From NCBI GenBank assembly GCA_951406725.2, contig OX597814.1:182280001-182344000 (forward strand): DNA of 64,000 bases, read 5' to 3'. Origin of the DNA: Octopus vulgaris. Lineage: Eukaryota. The translations under genes were made by a program, and so were the position numbers. Position 1 is the first letter of the stretch, and every line of letters starts with the position of its first letter. Shown here piece by piece: positions 1-12,744 of the stretch. Below the pieces are notes generated by a model. The model worked only from the letters and a program-made list of their open reading frames with translations. It made no database searches and had not been told where the DNA came from.

Positions 1-239
1 ACTATTAATCACCACTTGTGACTTTTACGTCAATAGGGACACAGACAGGATCTATGTTGAAGCCTTATATTAATAGTATCTCCCAGCTAACATCTAATGA
101 ACAATAAAAGATAAACAAGTACATTGTATATGTATTCTAAAGTGAAAATAACACAACCAAAGTTTGGGAAACTAACAAATAGATATTTTGAAAGATTTTG
201 ACATCATAAAAATTTTATAAATTTTCAAGAGTATGTGAG

Positions 240-450
240 ATAATTCTTTTTTTGAAATGGAGGATCTTGAAGCACACATAAAACTTTAAATAATAGCATG
301 TAAATATGGAGGTGAAAAGCTCTTTTGGACAGAAAAAGTCAAAGGCTACTCATTGGACACTTTTTCTATCCAAAAGGAATTTTCAAATGATATTCAATCA
401 TTTATAGCTTTATGTGTACTTCAAGATCCACTATTCCAAAAATGAATTAT
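240..450. mobile_element. MITE with ~50-bp terminal inverted repeats
   Basis: 240-291 (ataattc...gatcttgaagcacacataaaactttaaa) is the imperfect reverse complement of 401-450; related copies at 43401-43537 and about 44945-44996. Confidence 0.6.
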
Positions 451-569
451 TTTGAAAGTTGTAATAGTCCATGTGACTGGAGGGCAAAATCTTTGAGAAG
501 AAGTACTCATAATATTGGCAAAAAATTATGTATAGGAATAAATCATGCAAGGTACATGACAGGAATACT

Positions 570-815
570 TATTTCAAATTTTGGCATAAGGCCAGCAATT
601 TTGTGGGAAGGGATAAGTCAATTACAATGACCCCGTGTTGAACTGGTACATATTTTATTGATCCTGGAAAGGATGACAGGTAAAGTTGATCTCAATGGAA
701 TTTGAACTCAGAATGTAAAGATGGACAAAATGCCGCTAAGCATTTTGCCCAGCGTGCTAATGTTTCTGCCAGCTCGCTGCCTGGCGTGCTAATGATACTG
801 CCAGCTCACCACCTT
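570..815 (-). mobile_element. tRNA-derived SINE family B (Meta/MESC-like central domain), head partly duplicated
   Basis: Reverse strand has the ggtgagctggcag head, gagttcaaattcc box-B-like motif and ttgcctttcatcctttcggggtcgataaa-like core; many copies in window. Confidence 0.8.
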
Positions 816-987
816 AGTACATGATAGGAATATTGATAGAGAGAAACTGTCTCTCTTGACCCTGAGATAGAATGATACACCAACTGTATTCAAGTACAGG
901 AAAAACTTTGAAATACATAACTAATAAAACAGATGTGTGCCCCTAAACAACCATGCTGAAACCCCCCAAAAAAGAAAAAGTATTATT

Positions 988-1403
988 CTCTCTCTCTCTT
1001 TTACTCTTTTACTTGTTTCAGTCATTTGACTGTGACCTTGCTGGAGCACCACCTTTAGTTGAGCAAATCGACCCTAGGACTTATTCTTTATAAGCCTATT
1101 ACTTATTCTATCAGTCTCTTAGGCCGAACTGCTAAGTTACGGGGACGTAAACACACCAGCATCGGTTGTCAAGCGATGTTGGGGAGACAAACACAGACAC
1201 ACAAACATATACACACACATACATATATATATAGATATATACGACGGGCTTCTTTCAGTTTCCATCTACCGAATCCACTCACAAGGCTTTAGTCAGCCCG
1301 AGGCTATAGTAAAAGACACTTGCCCAAGGTGCCACACAGTGGGACTGAACCCAAAACCATGTGGTTGGTAAGCAAGCTACTTACCACACAGCCACCCCTA
1401 TGC
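988..1403 (-). mobile_element. CORE-type tRNA SINE family A (octopus OR-like)
   Basis: Reverse strand: gtggctgtgtggtaag head, gggttcagtccc box B, gtggcaccttgggcaagtgtc CORE-like motif, internal microsatellite, aaacaagtaaaagag tail. Confidence 0.85.
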
Positions 1404-1549
1404 CTATGGTATTATGCCATACCAGTTTATAACATTTCCTACACATTAACAACAGATACTCCTAAATGCGTATATGATACTAACTTGTCATTGTTTGCTC
1501 TGATAAACATAACAAAAGTACCACCCAAGATACTAAAATTCTATAGGAG

Positions 1550-1945
1550 CAGGCATGACTGTAGTTAAGAAGCTCATTTGATAACCACATGGTTTTGTAT
1601 TTAGTCCCAATGTATGGTACCTTGGACAAATGTCTGTTACTATAGCCAGGGGTTGCCCAATGTCTTGTGGATGTGTAGAAGCTAGTCATATGTTTATGTC
1701 TGTATGTATATGTGTATGTGTAGCTGTTTGTGTGTGTGTGTGTTTGTCTCATATTGCTTGACAAGCAATATTGATTTATGTCGCAGTAAATTAGCAGTTC
1801 AGCAAAAAGAGACCAATAGAATAAGTGCTAAACTTAAAATATGTATCAGGAGGGGAGGATCAATCTGCTCAAGTAGATTTTTTTATGTAATGCTCCAGCA
1901 TGGCCATAACCCAACGAACAAAACAAGTAGAGGATAAAAGGATGC
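1550..1945 (+). mobile_element. degenerate family A SINE
   Basis: ggtaccttggacaaatgtc core and gctccagcatggcc...aaacaagtagagg tail. Confidence 0.7.
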
Positions 1946-2041
1946 ATATGTTGTCGTCATTTTATTTCTTTCCAAACAAGTGTGGGTTGGATATGTAGCA
2001 CATATTCAGGGATTCAGCTCACTTAGATGGGCAAGGGGACC

Positions 2042-2340
2042 TCATCATCATCATCATCATCATCATCGTTTAACGTCTGCTTTCCATGCTAGCATGGGTT
2101 GGACGATTTGACTGAGGTCTGGCAAACCAGATGGCTGCACCAGGCTCTAATCTGATCTGGCAGAGTTTCTATAGCTGGATACCCTTCCTAACGCCAACCA
2201 CTCTGAGAGTATAGTGGGTGCTTTTATGTGCCACTGGCACAAGGGCCAGTCAGGCGGTACTGGCAATGGCCACGCTCAGATCATGCTTTGTATGTGCCAC
2301 CTGCACAGGAGCCAGTCCAGTGGCACTGGCAATGACCTGG
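2042..2340 (-). mobile_element. RTE-clade LINE 3' UTR fragment ending in (GAT)n
   Basis: Reverse strand ttggcgttaggaagggtatccagc...acgttaaacgatgatg, the same tail as the ORF-bearing copy at 17688. Confidence 0.8.
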
Positions 2341-2594
2341 TTTAGTTTCTATAGCTGGATGCCCTAAATTAATAACAAGTACTTTACAGAATGAGAAGAA
2401 TGTATAAAAGAATGTGTAATGAAAGAATAGAAGTATGAAAGAGTGTGATTGGGGTGTCTTGATAGGATTCATCAGTGAAGATAGAAACCTAAGGTGTGTG
2501 GGTGAAAAGAGCAAAAGGTTGATGATAGGTAGTGCAGGAGAGGGAGGGTGAATGTTGTATGTACTTTCTTTTTTTTTTTTCTTTTCCTTCTCAA

Positions 2595-2827
2595 GTCACA
2601 CCGACTCATAAGGGCTGGTTTCCTGGTTTCCATGGCATATATATTCCTCACCTGGATGGGACACCAGTCCGTCGCAGGATTACTCATTTTTGCCAGCTGA
2701 GTGGACTGGAGCAACATGGAATGAAGTGTTTTGCTCAAGAATACAATGCATCACTCAGTCCAGGTATTGAAACCACAATCTTATGATCATGAGTCTAACA
2801 CCCTAACCACTAAGCCATGCACCTCCA
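2595..2827 (-). mobile_element. tRNA-derived SINE family C
   Basis: Reverse strand tggcttagtggttagggtg head, ttcttgagcaaaacact, cctgcgacggactggtgtcccatccagg; copies at 41465-41710 and 25845-26143 (variant). Confidence 0.75.
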
Positions 2828-3329
2828 TTATTGAGTGTACTGGGCACAAGTTATTCAATGTACACATCTATACACAAGCTTTCAGATGGGGCCAGAGGGA
2901 TCAAAATCAAGTTATAAGGGTGGTAGCAGGAGGAATGGAAAATAAGAAGGTCCTGTACCAGTGAACAGCACAAAACAAAGGAGGTGAGAGAGTCAGAATA
3001 AGTATATTGACATCCTAAGTTATAAGGAAGCAATGTATGGTGAACTGAAATGATCCATGGTTAACCTCCACCACACTTGAAGCATAGTACAGAGAAAATT
3101 AAGAAGATGAGTGAGTGATTCAAAGACAAGCGAAAAAAGGAATGGGCAAAAGAATATAGTGTATAGTGAATAGAAGACGAACAATGAAAGTATAGGCAAG
3201 AGAGTGCAGTGTATGGTAAACAGAAGACAGACCTATAGTCATCCATAGTTACACTCTAGTCACTGCATACAACAGCAAGGCTGAGAAGAGGAGGGAGTGA
3301 TTGAGAGATGAGCACTAGGAAGGAATATG

Positions 3330-3387
<58 letters not shown>

Positions 3388-3416
3388 TAATAGATAGATA
3401 GATAGATAGATAGATA

Positions 3417-3818
3417 GTCGTGCAGCTACTGTTTATACCTTGTTCAGAGATTTATTATTGCTTGTTTACACTTTTTCGAGATCAGTGACTTTTCGTCACT
3501 GGAAAAAGGATATATGTATTTGCATTAGGACCCTTCGCATCGAAGACCGGTGATTGTCGTGTGCTGACGACGGGTAAATACTCAGAAACCTGGATCCGTG
3601 TGTATCACATCAGGTCAACGATGGGAAGGATGGCTTCCCTTTGCAAATACTGATAGGGCACAGAAAGTGTGTCAATAGCCAGCTGGAGAAGATGTTCGCC
3701 TGGGGCTACAAGCTACAGTAGCATTCATCCCTAGTGTTTAGCCACATTTAAATGGCAAATATACTTCACGTTGTCATGCAGCTACTGTGTATACCTTGTT
3801 CAGGGATTTATTATTGCT
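3417..3818 (+). mobile_element. Penelope-like/retrozyme-like unit with 46-bp direct terminal repeats
   Basis: 3417-3462 is repeated at 3773-3818 (offset 356, 3 mismatches); flanked by TA/GATA tracts; internal CTGACGA...GAAAC...GTC motif. Confidence 0.55.
3556..3622 (+). ncRNA. candidate (degenerate) type I hammerhead ribozyme
   Basis: CTGACGA 3564-3570, stem II cgggta/tactca, GAAA 3585-3588, stem III cctg/cagg, GUC 3614-3616; stem I imperfect. Confidence 0.45.
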
Positions 3819-4358
3819 ATATATATATATATATTCACACAAGCACACACACATACATATTGGGTCATCCCATAAATAACCTGTTGTTATTCCTTGTTTG
3901 TATTCATATTGTGTACCATATTCTCCGTTTTTTGTCTTTGTTGCCATATACATTCGCTAGCTTTCTTACAAAAAGGTCTAATGCTCTTAGCTTAGATTTT
4001 TTGGGGGGCAACCAGATCGAACCATCTCAAGTGTAACTGCCTGAAATAGTTATGACATCTAGTACTTGACTGAAGAAAGAACGCCATGAATGAACCGTCT
4101 TTTTTTGCCTGTCCTTCTAACTGTTGTTTCTCTTGTCCACCTTTGTATCGTCTATCTGTCCGAATGTTTTTATTGTCCTCTAATGCATTTTTGTTCCATC
4201 TTTGAAATATTATATGTATACCATTCTGCCTTAAAAAAATGGATCTACAAATGCAATATCCCTACATATCTCACATCTATTTTCTTTTATTCCCTCCACC
4301 TCACTCTCTATTTTATATCTTATCTAAATTAACTAGTTCTTAACCATCCTCTCACACC

Positions 4359-4406
4359 GTCTCTGATGAAGGGATATAATAAATATCCTGGAAACAGCTG
4401 TAAGAC
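4359..4406 (+). ncRNA. minimal type I hammerhead ribozyme (Penelope-type)
   Basis: gtct-CTGATGA-a-gggatat/atatcct-g-GAAA-C-AGCT-GTA-agac; stem I gtct/agac, palindromic stem III loop. Confidence 0.7.
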
Positions 4407-4467
4407 CTTCTATCTGTAAATGTTCTAAAATCTACACAGCCTTGGTTTTTTATCTCATTACGAAATA

Positions 4468-4510
<43 letters not shown>

Positions 4511-4974
4511 TATATATATGTATACATATATACATACATATATACACACACATATACATATGTATGAATGCCCAAAAAGGATTATATGATTAACTCCAAA
4601 CGGAACAGTGATTACATCTACTGAGGTATGTGAAATTTAAAAGGAAAGTAAATAAATAAATAAAAAACAACCCAACCATTGTCTCAATTAGAGAAAATGA
4701 ATGAGAAAGTAGCTACTACACACATTCATAATTACTCTATTTACTTAATTTGAAAAGCAATCTCATCATGTTTGATGATTTGACACACACACACCTACAC
4801 ATGCATGCATGTGCCCACACGCTTCTTCCGTATAAGATTGTCAAGCATTAGTATTAGTTGCTATGCATACAATACATGCATGCATGAATGTATGTATGAA
4901 TATATATGCACACATGTATGTACATATGTATGTATGTATGTATGTATGTTGTATGTATGCGTATACATATTCTT

Positions 4975-5310
4975 TTATTCTTTTACTTGTTTCAGTCATT
5001 TGACTGTGGCTATGCTGGAGCACCGCCTTTAGTCAAACAAATCGACCCCAGGACTTATTCTTTCTATCGGTCTCTTTTGCTGAATTGCTAAGATACGGGG
5101 ATGTAAACACACCAGCATTGGTTGTCAAGCAATGGTGGGGGGACAAACACAGACACACAAATACACACACATATACAACAGGCTTCTTTCAGTTTCTGTC
5201 TACCAAATCCACTCACAAGGCTTTGGTTGGCCCGGGGCTATAGTAGAAGAAACTTACCGAAGGTGCCACACAATGGGACTGAACCTGGAACCATGTGGTT
5301 AGTAAGCAAA
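4975..5310 (-). mobile_element. family A SINE
   Basis: Same head, core and tail as 988-1403. Confidence 0.8.
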
Positions 5311-5361
5311 TGTATGTATGTATGTATGTATCTATGTATGTATGCATGTATGTATATATAT

Positions 5362-5691
5362 ATCATCATCATCATCATCGTTTAACATCTGTTTTCCATG
5401 CTAGCATGGGTTGGACAGTTCGACTGGGGTCTGGGAAGCCAGGAGGCTGCACCAGGCTCCAGTCTGATCTGGCAGTGTTTCTACAGATGGATGCCCTTCC
5501 TAATGCCAACCACTCTGTGTAAGTGTAGTGGGTGCTTTTTACGTGCTACCAGCATGGAAGCCAGTCAATGGCATCGCTGGCATCAGCCACATTCAGATGG
5601 TGCTTTTTACGTGCCACCGGCATGGGTATCACAACTACAATTTCCATTTGATTTTTATTTTGATATTGATGTACTTGACTCAATAGGTCTC
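5362..5691 (-). mobile_element. RTE LINE 3' UTR fragment
   Basis: catcatcgtttaacatc...ggatgcccttcctaatgccaacc. Confidence 0.8.
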
Positions 5692-5815
5692 AAGCACAGC
5701 AGGTCGCCCTACAATCCAAGGTAAGCACAGCAGGTCGCCCTACAATCCAAGGTAAGCACAGCAGGTCGCCCTACGATCCAAGGTAAGCATAGCAGGTTGC
5801 CCTATGATCCAAGGT
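5692..5815 (+). repeat. 31-bp tandem repeat x4
   Basis: aagcacagcaggtcgccctacaatccaaggt at 5692, 5723, 5754, 5785. Confidence 0.9.
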
Positions 5816-6108
5816 AATTTTGGATGGGCTGGGGCTCACATTTCTTAAAAATTGTGGTCAGGCCTTGATCTCAGGACTACTCATGTCTAGAAACTGAGGT
5901 TGGGGGTAAGCAAGGACATGCTCCCCACAGAAAATCCAGCTCCCAAAAAGCCTCATGATAGCAAGGGTGAACGGGCACTAGCCAGCCCAAAGGTTGGGAT
6001 GGGCTACACCTGCCTGCCTCAGTTGCTATGGCATTGAGGTAGATCCAGCCACCTCCATTAACGGGGACAAAACCCGGATTTAAAACACTGGATGATGAGG
6101 ATGATATG

Positions 6109-6166
<58 letters not shown>

Positions 6167-6194
6167 AGTTGCATAAAGAAGTGCTAATATCTAA

Positions 6195-6480
6195 GTGTGG
6201 ACGAGGGGCAACCCAAGGAGACATGGGATGAGGTGGTGAAGCATGATCTTTGAATGTTAGGTCTGACAGAGGTGATGACAAATGATCAAGACCTCTGTTG
6301 ATTTGCTGTGCCTGAGACGACTTGTCAAGCCAAGAGAAATTGTAGTCATGGCCAATGCTGGTGATATGTCAAAGGCATCCACTACACTCTTGGAGGGGCT
6401 GGGGTTAGGAAGGGCATCCAGTTGTAGAAACTTGTAGAAAATTGTAGCCAGCATGGAAAACAGACGCTAAATGATGATGA
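6195..6480 (+). mobile_element. RTE LINE 3' end, degenerate ORF2 C-terminus plus tail
   Basis: Translates as ...PKETWDEVVKHDL*MLGLTEVMTNDQDL, followed by the ttaggaagggcatccag and (GAT)n tail. Confidence 0.75.
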
Positions 6481-6509
6481 TATATATATATGTATTATAT
6501 ATGTGTGTG

Positions 6510-6550
<41 letters not shown>

Positions 6551-6567
6551 TAATATTATATATATGT

Positions 6568-6798
6568 AAGGGCGGGCAGCTGAAAACCTGGGCGACGATG
6601 ATAAAGGAGGACCTCTCTGAACTCTCAGGTCCGCAGGTGGTCAGTCTGCATAGATGCAACCGTGAATGGCTTGCTATCTCTAGTGACATCACACGGGACC
6701 GTCGAGCGTGGGCCGCCATGGTTCGTGATGCCATTAGGAACAGAGAAGAAGCCGGCTCAACCTGCCCTGGGTGTTGGCGTTACAAGTACAAGTCAAGT
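6568..6798 (+). mobile_element. RTE LINE 3' end (second family) inside a TA tract
   Basis: GGQLKTWATMIKEDL...DRRAWAAMVRDA resembles an RTE ORF2 C-terminus; short tacaag/tcaag tail repeats. Confidence 0.7.
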
Positions 6799-6839
6799 AT
6801 ATAGATATATAGATTATATATATATAATCTATATATAAT

Positions 6840-7102
6840 ATTATTTCGTTTTGGGATTTGGTTTGCAAGATTCTTTATGTGAGTTCGTGTGTTGAAGCAT
6901 ATTCTGTTGTGTCTGGGAAGAGTCATTCTCTTTTGGTGCCTTATAATTTAACACACTCACCGGTAAAATTTCCACTTATTTCTTTCTTATTTTTCTAAAA
7001 TTTTTGTTGCGTCTTGCAACCTTTTCAACAGTTTTGACTTGAGAGTGTGTTAAAGTATAAGGTACCAAAAGAGAATGACTCTCCCCAAACACAACAGTAT
7101 AT
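6840..7102. mobile_element. Penelope-like fragment with ~60-bp inverted repeat
   Basis: 6899-6958 is the reverse complement of 7043-7102; flanked by TA tracts. Confidence 0.5.
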
Positions 7103-7197
7103 AATATTATATATATAATATATATATATTACTATATGTATATATATATATATCATGTATATATATATATAATATTATACATATATATATCTATATC

Positions 7198-7246
<49 letters not shown>

Positions 7247-7251
7247 TATAC

Positions 7252-7332
<81 letters not shown>

Positions 7333-7584
7333 TACAAATATATATATCTATATATATCAGAAATGGAAAACAAAACAATAAATTGGACAATTACAAACAC
7401 TGCTCCATTTAAATATTTTATACAAACAAATGACTCATCTCATAGATCTTTCTTGTCTTCCGGAACATTTTTTCCATTAGCTTCAAAGTTATCTCTAATA
7501 TGAATGATTGTAAGTCGCCTAGGTGGATGTGTTTTTGAAAGTCCCTTCTAAATTGTCTAAATTGTTATATATATATATATAATA

Positions 7585-7914
7585 ATTATTTGAGGGAATA
7601 TTATTCCTAACTTACAGGGAAAAATTCAATTTAGAAATACTAAATCAAATTTCACAAAATATGATATACATATATAAAAATTAGAAAAAAACCACCTTTT
7701 ATCAATTCAAAATGAACAATTAAATTACACCACCTAAAAAATTACATATAATAGAAATATTAAAATTAAAATAACAATAATATACCGATGATTAAGTAAA
7801 TTGCAAAACAATAATAAAAACGTATATTTTTGGTATATATACCAAATATATAATTTTATAGATGGTGTAATTTAATTGTTCATTTTGAATTGATAAAAGG
7901 TGGTTTTTCTAATT
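7585..7914. mobile_element. Penelope-like fragment with ~70-bp inverted repeat
   Basis: 7679-7749 is the reverse complement of 7846-7914; flanked by TA/CA tracts. Confidence 0.5.
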
Positions 7915-8000
<86 letters not shown>

Positions 8001-8059
8001 ATATATATGTATAATATATCATCATCATCGTTTAGCGTCCGTTTTCCATGCTAGCATGG

Positions 8060-8060
8060 G

Positions 8061-8098
<38 letters not shown>

Positions 8099-8241
8099 TT
8101 ATATGTATATATATATATTATAGATATTTTACCTATATATATATATATATATATCATTATATGTATATATATATATATATTATAAATATGTTACCTATAT
8201 ATATATCATTATATGTATATATATATTATAAATATGTTACC

Positions 8242-8273
<32 letters not shown>

Positions 8274-8281
8274 ATATGTTA

Positions 8282-8323
<42 letters not shown>

Positions 8324-8331
8324 ATATGTTA

Positions 8332-8369
<38 letters not shown>

Positions 8370-8377
8370 ATATGTTA

Positions 8378-8423
<46 letters not shown>

Positions 8424-8440
8424 ATATGTTATATATACAT
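8060..8440. repeat. compound (TA)n minisatellite with recurring ttataaatatgttacc motif
   Basis: Motif recurs about 5-6 times separated by variable (TA)n. Confidence 0.85.
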
Positions 8441-8989
8441 ATATCATATCATTTTAAATTAAATCATATAAATAACTGGGGCAGTAGCTTTACACTCTGA
8501 TCTCATGCTGACCAAAGATTTGTTAGTGAATTCGGTATATGGAACCTGAAAAAAAAACCTTATTGTATAATGATGTAAATTTGTGCGTGTGTGTGTTTGT
8601 GCATGGGTGAGTGTATGTGTATGTGTGTGTGAGTATGGGTGTGTATGTATCTGTATGAATGTGTATGTGTGCATGTGTCTGTGTGACACATGCACAGTAA
8701 TACACACACATACATACATACAAAAATATTCAAAGAGTGACATCACTGTTTGCAGCTCATCCGCAAATGACGACATCACTGTTTATGGTTGGACTGCAAT
8801 TGGTGACATTTGTTTACATTTCCTATGAACGAATTGCCCACTAACTCTCTGCTTTTCAACCCCATTGGAATTACAATAAAGTCCTTTATTTGAAAAATTG
8901 GTAAGCTTTAGCGACAACTAGTACATCCAACCCTAAAATTCATTCCATCTTTTTCAAATTTTTGCGTAAACCGTGCGTGTGTGTATGTA

Positions 8990-9063
<74 letters not shown>

Positions 9064-9122
9064 CAGACAGGTAGATAGATAGATAGATAAATAGATAGAT
9101 AGATAGACAGACAGACATACAC

Positions 9123-9159
<37 letters not shown>

Positions 9160-9170
9160 CAGACAGACAC

Positions 9171-9226
<56 letters not shown>

Positions 9227-9230
9227 GTGT

Positions 9231-9452
9231 AGAGCGGCGAGCTGGCAGAATCGTTGGCACGTCGGACGAAATGCTTAGCGGCATTTCGTCCGTTTTTACG
9301 CTCTAAGCGAGTTCAAATTCCGCCGAGGTCGACTTTGCTTTTCATCCTTTCGGAAATCGATAAAACAAGTACCAGCCGAGCAGTGATGTAATCACCTTAA
9401 CCCCTTCCTCAAACGAAATTGCTGGCCTTGTGCCAGAACTTGAAACCAATAT
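9231..9452 (+). mobile_element. family B SINE (CpG-rich copy)
   Basis: gcggcgagctggcagaatcg...gagttcaaattccgccgaggtcgactttgcttttcatcc. Confidence 0.8.
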
Positions 9453-9774
9453 AAGAGAAAGAATGTATGTGTATGTATTCCATCACCACTACCATCATCA
9501 TCATCATGATTCGGCATCTATCTGGGGACACTAGTACTAGCCCTGAAAACATCATTTCCCATTTTCCTGCCCGACACTTCCACCGACTGATGGAGCTTTG
9601 TTCCAATTTCATTTCAGCATGTCCTTGTTTATACCCTGCATCCAAATATAACTAGCTAAACCGTAAACCACAGGTACTTTTTGGTGAAACTTCGGGCGAT
9701 ACAAATAAATTTTGTCGTATTCATGGCTATTAAACTTGTGTGCCAGTGTATTATGTGTATATATTATACATAAA

Positions 9775-9834
<60 letters not shown>

Positions 9835-10157
9835 GTACGTGAGTGTTCTGTGTTTATGTTACACCGGTCTAAAAACTGGTTTTGTTTATGTTATATCCCA
9901 TTATGTCCCCTAACCTGGCAACTGAACAGGCATTCTTCGACAAAATGTGTACCAGAGTGGAATAGGTACTGGGGGTCGATACAGCTGACCCAAAGCTTTG
10001 AAAACACTGCCCCAGCATGGTCACAATACAACTACTGAGATCAGTAAAAGATGACTTTTTTTTTTTTTTTAGGAAGACAGAAATATAGAAACGCAGAAAT
10101 GGAAATGAATCATACATATGTCGCGCTGAGTGCATGGAGAGAGAGACAGAGAGAGAG

Positions 10158-10220
<63 letters not shown>

Positions 10221-11396
10221 AAGTAATTAAGGGTTTAGCAACGATTTGCCTCACCACACACCGAATTTAGAAATAGCAGTCAAAGAGTTATGGCTATTCT
10301 TTCTACTTACAAGAGAGATCTCAGTAAAACCACAGCACTTATATTACACATATATATTTATGTAAAACCACAGCACTTATATATATATATACACATATAT
10401 ATTTAAAGTGAAAGAGCGATCTGCCATCTTTACAATATTATTTTTGAGCCAGTTTTAATTATGTTGTTTTTCAAAAATAATTTTAAAAGACACCTGAAAT
10501 ACGTTCTGAACGTTTTCATTAAAGGCAGGTAGCACAAAACATTACATCAATACTTCAGTGGCTGCAGCGTGTTTATTTTACATCAGTCTCCTAACACTGA
10601 ACCGACAACAGCAGCAGTAACAACAACCTGTCGAGTTTGTTGAGCGAAAATTATGTGCAGAGTGTGGGGGGTGGGATGAAAAAAAGCGATAATAATAATT
10701 ATAAATAAATACAAAAAGGATTTCTATCGCTGCAGTAATTATAGATGATGACAATGATAATGATTATAATATAAAACGTGTTAATAACTGATCAGTTGTA
10801 TACAATAATTAAATATGCGGAGACAGTATTGTCAATCATACGTATAATGATTATAGTAAAGATACAGATACAGAGATACAGATGTAATAGTGATCAGGTT
10901 GAAGATGTAATGACGAAATACCTTTGATGTGCTATAACATGCTTATATATATATATAAAGGAAGAATTATTATTATTACAAATCAGCAAAAGTAAAAACG
11001 ATGGTGTATTAAAGTGTAGTTTTGAATGGTTACAATGAATAACACGATGGGTTTTTTTCTTAATCTCAACACGATGTAAAATGAAATCATTCGTCGTACA
11101 AGTGCATGTTAAGAACAACATATCTATATTACACACACATACATATAAGACGTAAGTATGTGTAATATATGTGTAATAAATGATGTATAATATGATATAA
11201 ATGTGACATTTGTCATGTTAGATGATGGCACGTTCAAGCAAAATTTAACTATGGATGACGTTTTCTCATTCTTACTTACGAGGAAACAAAACATTATACA
11301 CATATATACACACCAAATTATAACCATACATACATACATCAAATTCATACATGCATATTTTTTTACATACGTACATATACACACATGATCAATCTG

Positions 11397-11489
<93 letters not shown>

Positions 11490-11495
11490 GGACCT

Positions 11496-11526
<31 letters not shown>

Positions 11527-12224
11527 TATATATCTATCAATCTATATACACACAAGCACACACAAACACAAATAAATGTAAGCATACATATATACATAAA
11601 TAAATATGCTATATATATACACACACATATATATATATATATATAATTTGTAATACTTACTCAGTATAGGAATTGTTGCATTCACTTGACGGCACTTGAG
11701 CATATCTAGCATAGTTGAAGTATAAAAGCGGAGCGACCAGGCGATCTTATGGGATTATAAACAAAAGGTTTGCAATGAAAGTACGAAATACATTCGGCAT
11801 CAGAGTGGATATCACCTGTATCGAAGTGCCACTTGTGTGATGATAACCTAGTCATCGCCATCGCTAGCTACTACAGCAGCAAGGTATTATTAATCGACGG
11901 GGAGGGTGAGAAAGAAGAGAAGAAAGCACATATATATGGGTGTGTGTTTGTGTATACATACGTGTACGTGTGATGTATTATAATATTATCTGTGTATAGA
12001 CGCGTACGCAGAGACATACATATATGTATATATAGCCACTGCTGTCGCTGGTTGACTGCTATTGGATGACTCGTTTTTACCCCGTCACTGGCATCGATGT
12101 TCAATAAGCTTTGAGAATCAAGCAAGCAACCTCGATTATTAGTGTAGAAATGCAGAGCTCGTCTAACCACTCACACTGCAAGAAGAAGAACACTTGCTAA
12201 CAACAAACAACACGAGCCAAACAA

Positions 12225-12400
12225 GTGAGCCTTCTACGTGGTTGCTCGACTTGCTAGAAAGAGCAGCCAAATTGCCTTCGAAATGACACCCTGGTTATCT
12301 TGAAATCGAGAACGCGTTGGATAATGTATTAAAAAAAAAATTTTTTTTTTGATATCCCTGAAAAGACATGATGGCCCTAGTTAGATAGAACTCCTTTACG
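12225..12400 (+). repeat. old dispersed repeat, family D (probable SINE)
   Basis: cgacttgctagaaagagcagccaaattgcc...; reverse copies near 12830-13060, 14510-14680 and 28015-28215. Confidence 0.55.
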
Positions 12401-12713
12401 CTCGATTAGAACTGACTTCGGGGTGGGGCCCTAAACAACAACTGGATATTATTCGAACGCACAATGGTACATATATTCACACATGTATATACAGGTATGC
12501 ATACATACATACATACACACATACATACATACATATATACATACAAATATACATACATACATATACATACATACATACATATACACATACATATATACAT
12601 ACATATATACATATACACATACATATATACATACATACATACTATATATATTAATATATTAATGGACTGTTCCTCCATATATATATATATGTGTGTGTGT
12701 GTATGTGTATGTT

Positions 12714-12744
<31 letters not shown>

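Noticed and set aside
5815-6105. Possible HDV-like ribozyme in an RTE-related repeat
   Set aside because: I could not build the nested double pseudoknot by eye
7136-8457. Long YI/IY-rich ORFs (also the YVCM/HTYI ORFs at 15.3, 53.6 and 55.3 kb)
   Set aside because: Translations of stop-free microsatellites, not proteins
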